Assembly: GCA_963789265.1 (NCBI GenBank)
Contig: CAWBKB010000001.1
Coordinates: forward strand, 2,016,001-2,080,000
Length of the DNA stretch: 64,000 nucleotides
Source: an uncultured delta proteobacterium
Lineage (GTDB): Bacteria; Desulfobacterota; Desulfomonilia; Desulfomonilales; Desulfomonilaceae
Direction of reading: 5' to 3'
The translations under genes and the position numbers were made by a program. The notes under the pieces were generated by a model that saw nothing but the letters and a program-made list of their open reading frames with translations, did not search any database and was not told the origin of the DNA. Positions 15,953-27,271 of this stretch are shown here, in pieces; positions within the stretch are counted from its first letter, which is position 1, and the number at the start of each line of letters is the position of its first letter.

Positions 15953-16526
15953 GGCGACGGTTCACCGCGGAGGGCGCCGAGACCGCAGAGGATTTTGTTT
16001 TGTTCGCATTTCTGTGGGATGTGACATCGCGCATCAAGTTTGTGACAATGACCCTGATGAATTCGGGTTAGAGCAGTGTTGTAGGATGTGCTGAGCGAAG
16101 TGAAGCGCATCTGTGGCGGGTCGGCCGTGGGTGGGAGTAGGCCGGGACGCGAGCGATGCGCTTCCCCCCTGCATTCGCAGGGTTCAGCGCATCCCACGCG
16201 ACTATTCGCTCTTCACAATAACATGGGATACAAGGCCCTGCGCGTAGGTGAATGGATGCCCCGTGAAGGGATTCTCTGTTTGCACATCTAGAGGATTCCA
16301 GTTAAACATTCGGATACATCTTCCAAAATTTGTTCATTGAAATTGTTCTGGTTTTCCTTTGACCGGTAACTTCGGGTAAGCTATTGTGCATCTGCTTCCG
16401 GTGGAACTGGTCCAGTCAAGTCTGACAATGCACAATGGGGTTCGGTGGTTCATGCCGCTTGTTTTCGTCTGATTTTCAGGAACCAAGGCATGGCCACCGC
16501 CCGAAAATCTTTTGGAGGTATAGAAT

Positions 16527-17372
16527 ATGGCAAGAAGAGCAAAAACAGCTAAGACGCAGACGCAGGGCGACCTTGCAGCGGATCAAGCATTCTTGGCAGC
16601 CATAGTGGAGTCTTCAGATGATGCAATTATAGGAAAAAAGCTGGACGGTACGATCCTTAGCTGGAATGCCTCGGCAACCAGCATGTATGGATATTCCGCT
16701 GAGGAAGCAATCGGCCGGTCCATCATGATTGTAGTTCCGTCCGATCGCGAAGACGAAATACCTAACATTCTCTACAAAATCAGCCGCGGGGAAACCGTAG
16801 ACCATTATGAAACCATGAGGATGAACAAGGCCGGTCGGCAATTTCATGTCTCTCTCACTGTTTCTCCAATCCGGGACGAGAGTGGAGAGATAGTGGGCGC
16901 GTCAACGATTGCCCGCGACATCAGTCAGCGGCTTATGGTTGAAGAGGCCTTAGCCAAGCAACGGGTCGCGCAAGCAATTTTGGATATCTCCACTCCGGTG
17001 ATGCAGGTGTGGGAAGGTGTGGTATGTGCACCCCTCATTGGCACTCTTGATAGCCAGCGCACTCAGCAGCTTATGGAGCTCCTTTTGCAGCGTATCGTGG
17101 AGACCGGGGCATCCGTTGCCCTTGTCGATGTCACCGGTGTACCCTCCGTTGACACCCAGACCGCTCGACACCTCATTGAGACCGCAACCGCTGTGAAATT
17201 GTTGGGCGGCCAAGTTATTCTGACCGGAATACGTCCGGTAATTGCACAGACATTGGTTCACTTGGGGGTTGATCTGTCGGAAATCGTTACCCGCTCATCT
17301 TTGGCCACCGGTTTTCGAGCGGCCTTGGAATCTTTGGATCTTGAGATCGTAAATAAAAGAGAATCGCGATAA
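16527..17372 (+). CDS. rsbR: Stressosome sensor RsbR (PAS + STAS)
   Basis: N-terminal PAS (ESSDDAIIG..WN); STAS PLIGTLDS, DVTGVPSVDT, TGIRP. Confidence 0.9.
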   Translation: MARRAKTAKTQTQGDLAADQAFLAAIVESSDDAIIGKKLDGTILSWNASATSMYGYSAEEAIGRSIMIVVPSDREDEIPNILYKISRGETVDHYETMRMNKAGRQFHVSLTVSPIRDESGEIVGASTIARDISQRLMVEEALAKQRVAQAILDISTPVMQVWEGVVCAPLIGTLDSQRTQQLMELLLQRIVETGASVALVDVTGVPSVDTQTARHLIETATAVKLLGGQVILTGIRPVIAQTLVHLGVDLSEIVTRSSLATGFRAALESLDLEIVNKRESR

Positions 17373-17409
17373 TCTCGTTAAACCGAACCGGTAGATACGG
17401 AGACCTATA

Positions 17410-17769
17410 ATGGCGGATCAAACGGTTTCGATAATCAAAGTGCGCGACATTCTTATTGCGACAATGCCGGCCGATCCGGACGATGCAACTGTAACATCGC
17501 TCCAGGAACGGATTTTGGAAACTATGGACACAACAAGGGCCAAGGGTCTGGTCCTGGATGTTTCGGGAGTGGAAACGCTGGATTCCTTCTTTGCTCGAAC
17601 GACCATCGAAACGGCTCAAATGATACACCTCATGGGAGGGCGCACGGTTATCGTTGGGATGCGCCCCAGCGTAGCAATAACAGCGACTCAACTGGGTTTG
17701 GCCTTGAAATTAAAGCGCGTAAAGTCCGCGGTTAATGTGGACCGCGCTCTGGATATATTGAGCCAGTGA
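17410..17769 (+). CDS. rsbS: Stressosome antagonist RsbS
   Basis: Single STAS domain with LDSF phosphosite, VGMRPSVAIT. Confidence 0.88.
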   Translation: MADQTVSIIKVRDILIATMPADPDDATVTSLQERILETMDTTRAKGLVLDVSGVETLDSFFARTTIETAQMIHLMGGRTVIVGMRPSVAITATQLGLALKLKRVKSAVNVDRALDILSQ

Positions 17770-17785
17770 CCCCGGAGGCAGGGCA

Positions 17786-18196
17786 ATGAGCGATGAGAAT
17801 GAAGGACAGATGTCCATTGCTTCCGAAGGCGATCTGGTCACGGCTCGAAAGACCGCCCGAACCTTGGCGACTAATCGCGGGTTTGGTATAACTGACACAA
17901 CGCGTATAGTTACCGCAACTTCTGAACTGGCCCGCAATATTATCACATACGCAGGTTCCGGCCTTATGCTCTGGAAATCACTGGACACCGGGATCAATGT
18001 GGGCATAGAGTTGGTATTTGAGGATCACGGGCGAGGGATAACGGATGTGGAACTGGCGATGCAAGAGGGGTTCTCCACCGGCGACGGATTGGGAATGGGA
18101 TTGCCCGGCTCGAAACGATTGATGGACCAAATGGAAGTTGTTTCCGAAGCGGGCAAAGGAACAACTGTTACCATCAGGAAGTTCAGGAAGAAATAA
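17786..18196 (+). CDS. rsbT: Stressosome kinase RsbT
   Basis: SELARNI, EDHGRGI, GFSTGDGLGMGLPGSKRLMD. Confidence 0.92.
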   Translation: MSDENEGQMSIASEGDLVTARKTARTLATNRGFGITDTTRIVTATSELARNIITYAGSGLMLWKSLDTGINVGIELVFEDHGRGITDVELAMQEGFSTGDGLGMGLPGSKRLMDQMEVVSEAGKGTTVTIRKFRKK

Positions 18197-19300
18197 TTGA
18201 AGATCCGGACCGGCCGTCACTTCGCTGCCGGCCGCGGTCTTTCTGAAGGCAATCGTTTGGTACAACTTGAACAGCTAGTCATACATGTCTCCCACGGCAC
18301 TGAGGTGGAAGAGGCTCGGCGAACGGCAAGACAAACAGCAATTGTTGTTGGATTCGATGAAAAAGTAACAGAAGAGATCGTAATTGTCGCAAGTGAACTT
18401 GCATCCAATCTTATAGTGCATGCGCGCGACGGCATGTTGGTGTTCACCAAGATCAGGGAACGTGGCCTCGATGGAGTTCAGATCGAGTCTCATGACATGG
18501 GACCCGGCATTGCGGATGTGAATCAGGCGCTCGGGGACGGATTTTCCAGCGCGGGTGGTTTGGGCTACGGGCTGGGGACAATCAACCGATTTATGGACGA
18601 ATTGGAGATCAATTCGCGGCGGGGACCCGAGGCCGGCACGCACATAATTTGCAAAAGGTGGATCCGCAAACGCGGAGTGAGCCTCGTGCCCTGCCCGCTC
18701 TCTTTCGGCGCAGCCACGCGCTGTCATCCTATCATGAAGGAGAACGGGGACACTTTCGTCATAGAAAAGCGGGATCGGTGCGCTCTCATCGGGGTAATAG
18801 ATGGGCTCGGGCATGGCCAGTTCGCTCATCGAGCCGCGCAGGCAGCGAGCCAGTATGTGGAAAGCCATTTCGAGGAATCTGTTGCATCCATTTTTCGCGG
18901 TGCGGGGAGAGCATGCCGTGGCACTAGAGGGGTAGTCATGGCCCTTGCCAGGTTCGACTGGGAATTGGATACCAAGAGCGCACGAGTCAGCACTCGCGTG
19001 AGTTTCGCCAGTGTCGGGAACATTGAAACGCGAGTGTTCGGAAGCCTTCTGCCCGTGCATTTCGCGGTCAATCGCGGCATTGTCGGGGTCAACGCCAGGG
19101 AACCCATGGTCACTGAGCACCAGTGGGAACCGAATCTTCTTATGGTCATGCACTCGGACGGTTTGAGTTCTCATTGGCGATGGAACGATTTTCCCCAACT
19201 TGCCGAAGCTCCTGCGAATGTTATCGCCCCGCGACTGCTTGATGCTCTCGCTAAGGACAATGATGATGCCACGGTGGTAGTAGTGAAACGCGCGGAATGA
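18197..19300 (+). CDS. rsbX: RsbT-like HATPase fused to a PP2C/SpoIIE phosphatase (RsbX-like; start may be 18257)
   Basis: SELASNL, GLGYGLG; ENGD, DGLGHG, HSDGL, DDATVVV. Confidence 0.85.
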   Translation: MKIRTGRHFAAGRGLSEGNRLVQLEQLVIHVSHGTEVEEARRTARQTAIVVGFDEKVTEEIVIVASELASNLIVHARDGMLVFTKIRERGLDGVQIESHDMGPGIADVNQALGDGFSSAGGLGYGLGTINRFMDELEINSRRGPEAGTHIICKRWIRKRGVSLVPCPLSFGAATRCHPIMKENGDTFVIEKRDRCALIGVIDGLGHGQFAHRAAQAASQYVESHFEESVASIFRGAGRACRGTRGVVMALARFDWELDTKSARVSTRVSFASVGNIETRVFGSLLPVHFAVNRGIVGVNAREPMVTEHQWEPNLLMVMHSDGLSSHWRWNDFPQLAEAPANVIAPRLLDALAKDNDDATVVVVKRAE

Positions 19301-19361
19301 ACTGCAAGACAGGTACCCGCGTGACTCACCTCGTGCGTAGTCCGGCAATCAGTGAAAGATT

Positions 19362-20649
19362 ATGAAAAAAGACGTGCAAACGCTAAGGGATCGACATCAA
19401 GACACCGTCCGGGAGCTTGACCAAGCACGTGAAGTCATTAGATGGCTGGAAGAGGAACTCGCAGAAACGAACCGTGGTTTAATTTCTCTGACCATAGAAT
19501 TGGAAAAGGCGAATGAACGGCTAAGAGAGGAGATTGAGGAGCACAAAGAAGCGGAAGAAGCTCTGAGTAAGAGGAACAGAGACATCGAAGCCATATTGAA
19601 CAGTACGACCGACTCGGCCTTCCTGCTCTCCATTGAAGGGCGCTTCATCGCTCTGAATGACGCAACTGCTCAGCGATTTGGGAAAGACGTAGACGAAATG
19701 ATAGGAAAGCCGTTTTCCGCTTTTCTGCCATCTGAGGCGGCCGCATACCGGACGGCACGTCTTAACGATGTCATTAAGGTTCGGAGACCCGTCCGATTCG
19801 AAGATGTGAGAAATGGAAGGACTTACGATTCGACCTTTTACCCTATCCTCGGGCCTGACGGTGTCGTTGAGGGCATCGCGGCCTTTGTGAGCGACGTGAC
19901 AGACCGCATGCGGCTCCGGTCGGAGCGGGAGTGTTTGATTGACGAGCTTGAAGTCAAGAAACGCCGAACTGGAAAGATTCATCTATTCCGTCTCTCATGA
20001 TCTCAGAAGCCCGCTTATTACCATAAAGACTTTTTTAGGATTCGTCAGAGATGGGATGGCCAAGGGAACTGCTGACAGCCTGGAATCAGACATGTCTCGC
20101 ATCGATAAAGCTGCGGACAAGATGGGAGAACTCTTGGACGAGATTCTGGAGTTGTCGCGAATCGGACGTTTGTCGAATCCACCATCCAGCGTGCCGGCGG
20201 AAGAACTGGTGAAGGAGGCCCTGGAACTCCTGGGTGGAGCGATAGCCCAAAGCGGTGCGGAAGTGCAGATGGCCTCGGACCTTCCGTTTCTGTATGGTGA
20301 CCGTACACGCCTGGTAGAGATGTTTCAAAACCTGATACACAATGCTGTTAAGTTTAGAGGCGACCAACCTCATCCCAAAGTGGAGATAGGATGCAGGAAA
20401 CAAGATGACGAACTAGTCTTTTATGTACGTGACAACGGAATAGGAATAGATGCACGGTACCATGAAAAGATATTCGGCCTCTTTGACCAACTTAATCCAA
20501 CAGAAGAAGGAACCGGAATTGGTCTAGCCTTGGTCAAGCGAATCATCGAGGTGCACGGCGGACGAATTTGGGTCGAGTCCGAAGGCGCGGGACATGGTTC
20601 CACTTTTTGTTTCGCGTTGCCCGGCAGCACTCTTGGCAAGGAGTCATGA
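19362..20649 (+). CDS. PAS sensor histidine kinase, probable stressosome output; +1 frameshift near 19959
   Basis: N-terminal coiled coil ELAETNRGL; PAS; SHDLRSPL; QNLIHNA; DNGIG; GTGIGL. Confidence 0.88.
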
Positions 20650-21800
20650 CATCAGTGCGCATTGTTGTTGCCCCGGACTCGTACAAAGGTAGCGTATCCG
20701 CCCCGCGCGTTGCCGATGCAATCAGAAAAGGCATTTTGCGGGTCTTCCCGGACGCCGAGGTAGCGGTGGTACCCATTGCCGACGGGGGTGAGGGGACCGT
20801 GGAAGCGCTCGTCGCAGCTACCGGCGGACAGGTGCTTCACGAATCGGTGACTGGTCCTCTCGGAAAGCCGGTAAACGCTCACTGGGGAATACTGGGTGAC
20901 GGGAAAACTGCGGTTATAGAAATGGCGTCGGCATCGGGATTGTCCCTGGTCCCTCAAGACAAGCGCGATCCGCGAATTGCTACGTCCCGTGGGACGGGAC
21001 AGTTGATGAAAGCGGCACTTGATCGCGGGCTACGCAAAATGATCATTGGCATCGGTGGCAGCGCGACCAATGATGCAGGTTCGGGGATGGCGCGGGCACT
21101 GGGAGTCAAGTTTCTCGACGCAAACGGGGAGGAGCTTCCACCAGGAGGGGCGCCGCTGGCTCAACTGGCCGAAATAGATATCAGTGAGATTGATATTCGA
21201 CTACAGCACACGGAGATTATCGTCGCTTGCGACGTCGATAATCCTCTGTGCGGCGCTAGTGGCGCTTCAGCGGTTTACGGGCCTCAAAAAGGTGCCACCC
21301 CGGAAATTGTAACCGAACTGGATGCAGCACTTAAGAATTTTGCTGAATTGGCCCGAAAAGTCACCGGCAGAGACGCGGCCGAGAACCCCGGTGCCGGAGC
21401 TGCCGGCGGACTTGGAGCGGGGCTGATGTTTTTCACCAATGCGGTCTTGCGCCCCGGGATAGATGTAGTCATCGAGGCGACAGGGCTGGATTCGCTCACG
21501 AAAAACGCAGATCTTGTCATCACCGGCGAGGGCTGCACAGATTTTCAGACAGTGTTCGGCAAGGCACCATTGGGGGTAGCCCGCCTTGCGAAACAGAACG
21601 GCAAGCCGGTCATCTGTTTGTCGGGAAGCTTAGGACCAGGCGCCGAAAATGTATTGCAACACGGTATTGATGCGCTCATGTCCGTGGTGCCTCGCCCTAT
21701 GAGTGTGGATGAATGCATGCAATCCGGAGCATCCCTGGTTGAGAGCGCTTCCGAGCGCCTGGGGCGGTTCTTGAAGATTGGCAAGTTACTCCCGGAGTAG
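20646..21800 (+). CDS. glxK: Glycerate kinase
   Basis: APDSYKGS, ADGGEGT, GIGGSATND, DVDNPLCG, GAGAAGGLG, ITGEG. Confidence 0.93.
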   Translation: MTSVRIVVAPDSYKGSVSAPRVADAIRKGILRVFPDAEVAVVPIADGGEGTVEALVAATGGQVLHESVTGPLGKPVNAHWGILGDGKTAVIEMASASGLSLVPQDKRDPRIATSRGTGQLMKAALDRGLRKMIIGIGGSATNDAGSGMARALGVKFLDANGEELPPGGAPLAQLAEIDISEIDIRLQHTEIIVACDVDNPLCGASGASAVYGPQKGATPEIVTELDAALKNFAELARKVTGRDAAENPGAGAAGGLGAGLMFFTNAVLRPGIDVVIEATGLDSLTKNADLVITGEGCTDFQTVFGKAPLGVARLAKQNGKPVICLSGSLGPGAENVLQHGIDALMSVVPRPMSVDECMQSGASLVESASERLGRFLKIGKLLPE

Positions 21801-21810
21801 GAGAGAAATA

Positions 21811-22383
21811 ATGGAGCCTCAGGAAATTAGAGAAGAAGTGAAGGAAAGACTTGAGCACACGAGAGAAGCATGGATCAATTATTTGGCGCTGACCACTGTG
21901 GTCCTGGCTGTATGTGCTACCCTGGCCAGCTTTCAGTTGGAGCATTATTCCGTTGAATCGGTGCTCGAACAGGGGTTGGCGTCTGACCAGTGGGCTTATT
22001 ACCAGTCCAAAGGCGTTAAGAGATATCTGTACGGATTACAACAAGACAAGCTGGAATTAGAGCTGAACACGATTGAGAAGAACATCACTCCCGAACTTAA
22101 GGATCGATATGAAAAAGCTATTACATCCTATGGGAGCAAGGCGAAGACTTATGACAAACAAAAAGTCGAGATCATGAAGCAAGCCAAGGAGCACGAAAGA
22201 CAGAGGGATGAAGCTCAGGAACGTCGCGAGACTTTCGGACATGCCATCATTTTTCTGCAAATGGGCATCCTGCTCTGTTCCATGGCAGCACTCATAAGAA
22301 GGAAGTATATGTGGGTTATTGGATCCCTTATAGGGGCGGTTGGCATCGTCTATTTCGCCAATGGTTTTCTGCATTTCATGTAA
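21811..22383 (+). CDS. DUF4337-like membrane protein
   Basis: TM helix, SDQWAYYQSK, coiled coil, two C-terminal TM helices. Confidence 0.8.
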   Translation: MEPQEIREEVKERLEHTREAWINYLALTTVVLAVCATLASFQLEHYSVESVLEQGLASDQWAYYQSKGVKRYLYGLQQDKLELELNTIEKNITPELKDRYEKAITSYGSKAKTYDKQKVEIMKQAKEHERQRDEAQERRETFGHAIIFLQMGILLCSMAALIRRKYMWVIGSLIGAVGIVYFANGFLHFM

Positions 22384-22501
22384 CCGAAAAACGGCATCCC
22401 TCTAGTTCTGATGGGAACATCACGAGTGCAACATGACTCCTGATTCAAACCAGAGGGATCGGAAGCAGCCAGCAAACTGACGTAAGAGTAGAGTAATAGA
22501 A

Positions 22502-23753
22502 ATGAGTCCTCCAGCGGCTGTTACCGAAATTTTGAATTCCCGCTGTTGTGTCGTGGGTGGCGGTCCGGCCGGTATGATGCTGGGATTTCTCCTCGCTCGT
22601 GCCGGAGTAGAAGTTTCTTGTGCTCGAAAAGCATTCCGACTTCCTCCGAGATTTCCGCGGGGATACGATTCATCCGTCCACTCTTGAAATCATGCACGAA
22701 CTGGGAATTCTTGATGATTTCTTGAAACTCCCTCATCAAGAACTGCGGCAGCTTGGAGTCCGGATTGGCGACGAGGCCATAATTACGCATGATTTCACGC
22801 ACCTGCCCACTCACTGTAAGTTCCTTGCGTTCATGCCTCAGTGGGACTTCTTGAATTTTCTCGTCAGACAGGCCCGACGCTATCCCACGTTTCATCTCAG
22901 AATGGAGGCGAAGGTCACAGAACTGGTGAAGGTTGGGGGCCTCATGGCTGGAGTGCTTGCTGAGACACCGGCGGGCCGACTCGAAGTCCGCAGCGACCTC
23001 GTTATTGGAGCAGACGGCCGACATTCGGCGGTGCGTGAAAGGGCAGGCCTGGAAATCATGGAACTCGGAGCACCTATCGATGTTCTCTGGCTGCGATTGT
23101 CCAGACGTCAAAACGATCCAGAGCTAGGTGTGGGCACATTTGACTACGGCAAGATACTTATCATGATCGACCGTGGTGACTACTTTCAGTGCGGTTTCAT
23201 CATCCGTAAAGGCGCTTTCGACGAAATTCAACAGCGAGGGCTGGCCACATTCCGCGACGAAATTGCCACGTTAGTACCGTTCATGAAAGATCGGGTCGGC
23301 GAGATCCATGACTGGAGTGACATTCATGTTTTGACCGTCAGAGTCGATCGGCTGCGTCAGTGGTCTCGCCCGGGGCTCCTGTGCATTGGTGATGCAGCTC
23401 ATGCCATGTCCCCGGTAGGTGGAGTCGGAATCAACCTTGCCATCCAGGATGCTGTTGCAACAGCAAATATACTGGCAAAGCCGCTACAACAGTCCACTAT
23501 TGGGACGGAGCACCTCGAGGCCGTGCAGCGACGCCGCGAACTGCCTACCCGCATTGTCCAACGGCTCCAAGTCTTAACCCAGGAGCGACTCATTCGACCG
23601 GTCCTGGAGAGCCATGAACACTTTGCTCCACCTTGGGGCGTAAGGCTATTAGACAGATGGCCGATTTTGCGCAGGATCCCTGCTCGACTGGTTGGGATCG
23701 GATTTCGCCCCGAACACGTCCGAACACCTGATGTGGGCAATGCCGAGCACTGA
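22502..23753 (+). CDS. FAD-dependent oxidoreductase/monooxygenase; +1 frameshift near 22615
   Basis: VGGGPAG, DFRGDTIHPST, GADGRHS, GDAAHAMSPVGGVGINLAIQD. Confidence 0.9.
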
Positions 23754-23867
23754 TGCAGAAACTGGCAACTCATATCAACTCCCAAAGCTAGAAAGCTACG
23801 GGAGTTGGTGCCATTCACCTGAGGAGCAAATCACGTCTTCTCCAGTAAGCGCAAGCAAACGCGTCGG

Positions 23868-25028
23868 CTACGTGCCGCCAGTATGAAAGCGTTTGTGCAA
23901 CAATTTCTCGTCCAGTGGAACTTCCTTGAGTTTGTTCACGATTCGAGGCGAAGCGCTGCCGTCGCCGTACGGATTGATCAGGTCGGCAAGACCAGCTCTA
24001 AACTCCCCGGAGATCGCCTGTTTGATGGCTTGCACGATCTCGTCTCTACTGTAGCCCGCGTTTATCACATTCTTCCCGTGTAAACGTCCAGCCTGCCGAT
24101 TGCCGATATTCACGACGGGGAGTTTGAAAGAAGCAGCTTCAAGAATCCCGGAGGAAGAATTGCCGACCATGGCCGTTACTTGGTTCATAAGGCTGAAATA
24201 GATTTCTGTCCCCAGATTCACTACTACCTGACTGCGCTCCTTGTGCCGACCGGCAAACTCATGAATCATTCTGATGATGATATGGTTTTGTGTGTCCGAG
24301 TTCGGATAAGTGAATATGACTTCGCAATCCATCCGTTCCAGTGCCGCCAGAAGCTCACTCATCTGCGTTTCTGTATGCTGGAACTCAAGAGTTACCGGGT
24401 GATACGTTACAATAAGCGTGCAATCGTGGAGGCTTAGTCCGTGCCGTTCGTTCAGCTCATGGGGGCTTAATAAACGGATCTCAGACAGGTTATCTAGGCT
24501 GGGAGCCCCGCTTACAACCACTCGCCACGGTTCTTCTCCCATCTGAATGATTCTCCGGGCGTAGGTATCGGTGGACGCAAAGTGCAAGTGACTCATTTTC
24601 GTTATTGCATGGCGGATCGACTCGTCTATAGCGCCTTCGGTGGACTCACCGCCATGAATATGGGCCACGGGAATGTTGAAAGTCAGTGATGCTGCAACGG
24701 CTGCCAGCATTTCCAAACGATCCCCCAAGACCAGGAGAACATCAGGACGAAACTGAGAGTAGGACTGAGCGAATCCGATTATCCCAAGGCCCAAAGATTT
24801 TGCAAGGCTTTCGGAAGTGTCGGACATGAGCAGCATCTCAACGCGATCGCCGATTTCGAATCCATCTGCTTCTATCGTCTTAACGGTACAGCCGAATTGA
24901 GGGGCAAGATGCATGCCGGTCACGATGAGATGCAGCCTAAGGCCCGAATCCTGTTGTATGCGCCGAAGTATGGGCCGATAGATGCCGTAGTCGGACCGGG
25001 CGCCCGTGACCACGCCTATGGTCCGCAT
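23868..25028 (-). CDS. neuC: NDP-N-acetylglucosamine 2-epimerase, hydrolysing (NeuC/LegG)
   Basis: TGARSDYG, LGDRLE, HIHGGE, DESIRHAITK, GNSSSG. Confidence 0.92.
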   Translation of the reverse strand: MRTIGVVTGARSDYGIYRPILRRIQQDSGLRLHLIVTGMHLAPQFGCTVKTIEADGFEIGDRVEMLLMSDTSESLAKSLGLGIIGFAQSYSQFRPDVLLVLGDRLEMLAAVAASLTFNIPVAHIHGGESTEGAIDESIRHAITKMSHLHFASTDTYARRIIQMGEEPWRVVVSGAPSLDNLSEIRLLSPHELNERHGLSLHDCTLIVTYHPVTLEFQHTETQMSELLAALERMDCEVIFTYPNSDTQNHIIIRMIHEFAGRHKERSQVVVNLGTEIYFSLMNQVTAMVGNSSSGILEAASFKLPVVNIGNRQAGRLHGKNVINAGYSRDEIVQAIKQAISGEFRAGLADLINPYGDGSASPRIVNKLKEVPLDEKLLHKRFHTGGT

Positions 25029-25168
25029 CTTCTAAGCCCCCGCGAGTCAGGCAAGTAGTATGGGTTCATGATTAGTTTGTCAGGTCGGCTTTTGGAAATA
25101 GTTTACCGCTGAGAACGCGGAAGTCGTGGAGAAGTCTGGTTCGCTATTGATTTAACCGCGTACCGGTC

Positions 25169-26164
25169 TCAGATAACGTATGCATTGGACCTGTAGACGC
25201 CAATGTTGCGTTCCATCCAGTCAATGGTTTTTCTGAGACCCTGCTCGAGTGTATGTTGCGGCTGCCAACCAAGGATTTGCCTGGCTTTACGACTGTCCGC
25301 GCACAGACGATAAACTTCGCTCTTTTCCGGCCGTTGCCGCTGGATCTCCGATTCGATGGGCAATTCTTTGCCTAGCACCCGTAGGATTGTGCCGGCCAAC
25401 TCTTTGACGGAGATCTCTTGGCCGGTCCCCAGGTTCATCACCTGACCGACCGCTTCTTTACGCTCGGCCGCAAGGATGAAGCCTTCAACTGTGTCCGCGA
25501 CAAAATTGAGATCTCGTGTGGGTTCCAGATTCCCCAGGCGCAAGGAAGACTCTTTGAGCGCCTGGCTTATGATGGTGGGGATTATCGCTCTGGCTGATTG
25601 TCTCGGTCCGTAACAGTTGAAAGGGCGAACTATCGCGACGGGCAGGCCGTACGATCGGTGAAAGGCTTCGGCCATCATGTCGGCTGCTATCTTACTCGCG
25701 GAGTAAGGAGATTGTCCCTGCAGAATGTGTTTCTCATCAATCGGAACGTATTGAGCAGTTCCGTAAACCTCGCTGGTGGAAGTGTGCACAATCTTCCGAA
25801 CTTCACCGGCGAGCGCTTCGTGAAGTACGTTCAGCGTCCCTTCCACGTTCGTTTGCACGTAAGAGAGCGGAGCACGGTATGAATAGGGTATGGCGACCAG
25901 AGCTGCCAAATGGAAAACGGTGTCTGCGCCCCGCATGGCAGCTCGTACAGTGTCACGGTCGCGCACGTCGCCGAGGATTATTTCGACGGAGTCTTTTGCA
26001 GCCGAACTGTCGAGCCATCCCCACGAATTGGACGAATTGTATCGGACCAGCGCCTTGGTTCGGGCGCCCAATGTAACCAGCCGCTCGGCCAGGTGACTGC
26101 CTATAAAGCCCCCTGCTCCCGTCACCAGGACAGTTCTCCTGGTCCAATCCGCGGCCGCGTTCAC
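25169..26164 (-). CDS. legB: NAD-dependent 4,6-dehydratase (LegB-like)
   Basis: TGAGGFIGSH, YNS.NSWGWLD, IPYSY, STSEVYG, YSASK. Confidence 0.85.
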   Translation of the reverse strand: MNAAADWTRRTVLVTGAGGFIGSHLAERLVTLGARTKALVRYNSSNSWGWLDSSAAKDSVEIILGDVRDRDTVRAAMRGADTVFHLAALVAIPYSYRAPLSYVQTNVEGTLNVLHEALAGEVRKIVHTSTSEVYGTAQYVPIDEKHILQGQSPYSASKIAADMMAEAFHRSYGLPVAIVRPFNCYGPRQSARAIIPTIISQALKESSLRLGNLEPTRDLNFVADTVEGFILAAERKEAVGQVMNLGTGQEISVKELAGTILRVLGKELPIESEIQRQRPEKSEVYRLCADSRKARQILGWQPQHTLEQGLRKTIDWMERNIGVYRSNAYVI

Positions 26165-27249
26165 AATGCCCCTTTCGCGTAGTCGCTTAACGCTCTCTCG
26201 TAGTCCTCCAACTTTCCGATATCTTGCCAGTACTCTCGAACAGGAAAACTCACCACCCGGTAGTTTTCTTGAAGGAGACGTCTGACCAGATCAGGTATGT
26301 CATAGCGTTGTCCTTCCGGAATCAAACTACAGACTCCGGGACTGAGGAGGTAAATGCCGGCATTTACAAACTGGCGGATGACCGGCTTCTCAGAGATTCC
26401 CGTGATATCAACCCCATTGGTCTCGATCACTCCATACGGAACCTCTATATCGTACTGCTTCACAGCGATCGTCATGTGAGCGCCATGATCCTCATGGAAA
26501 TTCATCATTGCACGAAAATCCACTGACGTCAGTACGTCTCCATTAATTACCAGCAACGGTTCCTCACACGCGGCCAAATGGCACAATGCGCCGGCTGTTC
26601 CAAGAGGCTCGCCCTCACCCACGTAATTCATTTGGACCCCGTAGCCCCGTCCATCGCCGAAATATTGTTCGATCACTTCCCGCTTGTAATGAGTAGTGAC
26701 GTGGACACTCCTAATTCCCGATTCCCGTAACTGGCCTATTATCCTCTCCAGGAGAGGTTTATCGCCGACCGGTAGCATGGGTTTGGGAACAACTTCGGTG
26801 AGAGGCCGCAACCGAATGCCGTATCCTCCCGCCATGACCACGGCCTTTAGAGGCGACTCTCCGCCCTGAACCAGGTCCCGGAGCAGCACCAGATCGACGA
26901 GGCGCTGCCGGTCGTCAAGCAGAGGGATGTGCCGTAAGAAGTCCTTCTTCATAAGGCGTAATAGTTCGGCATCGGGGGTTCCTACCGGGGCGGTGACAGG
27001 TTCAGGATTGGGCTTGCAGGCTCGATTCTCCAGGAGATCCTTCACCGGGGAATCAAGATCGAACGAGGCCAGGATGGCCCGCCGGATGTCCCCATCCGTT
27101 ACTGTTCCTACGAGTCGGCCTTGGGAATCCGCCACGAGGACGATTTCTTTTCCGTTGCGGTCGATGCAGGCCATCGCCTCTTTTATGGAAGCGGAGGGCG
27201 CAATACATAAGTCAGATAAGTTAGGGCGCATGATCGCCTTTCTTCTCAA
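26161..27249 (-). CDS. CBS-domain nucleotidyltransferase (PtmE/LegX-like)
   Basis: TDGDIRRA (CBS); MAGG.G.RLRPLT..PKPML; LGTAG. Confidence 0.88.
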   Translation of the reverse strand: MRRKAIMRPNLSDLCIAPSASIKEAMACIDRNGKEIVLVADSQGRLVGTVTDGDIRRAILASFDLDSPVKDLLENRACKPNPEPVTAPVGTPDAELLRLMKKDFLRHIPLLDDRQRLVDLVLLRDLVQGGESPLKAVVMAGGYGIRLRPLTEVVPKPMLPVGDKPLLERIIGQLRESGIRSVHVTTHYKREVIEQYFGDGRGYGVQMNYVGEGEPLGTAGALCHLAACEEPLLVINGDVLTSVDFRAMMNFHEDHGAHMTIAVKQYDIEVPYGVIETNGVDITGISEKPVIRQFVNAGIYLLSPGVCSLIPEGQRYDIPDLVRRLLQENYRVVSFPVREYWQDIGKLEDYERALSDYAKGAL

Positions 27250-27271
27250 ATCAGTCGGGTAGAAGAAGTTT

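Noticed and set aside
18275..19348. Long antisense ORFs (also 49062..49787, 36996..37739, 61461..62201)
   Set aside because: Shadow frames of well-supported genes on the opposite strand.
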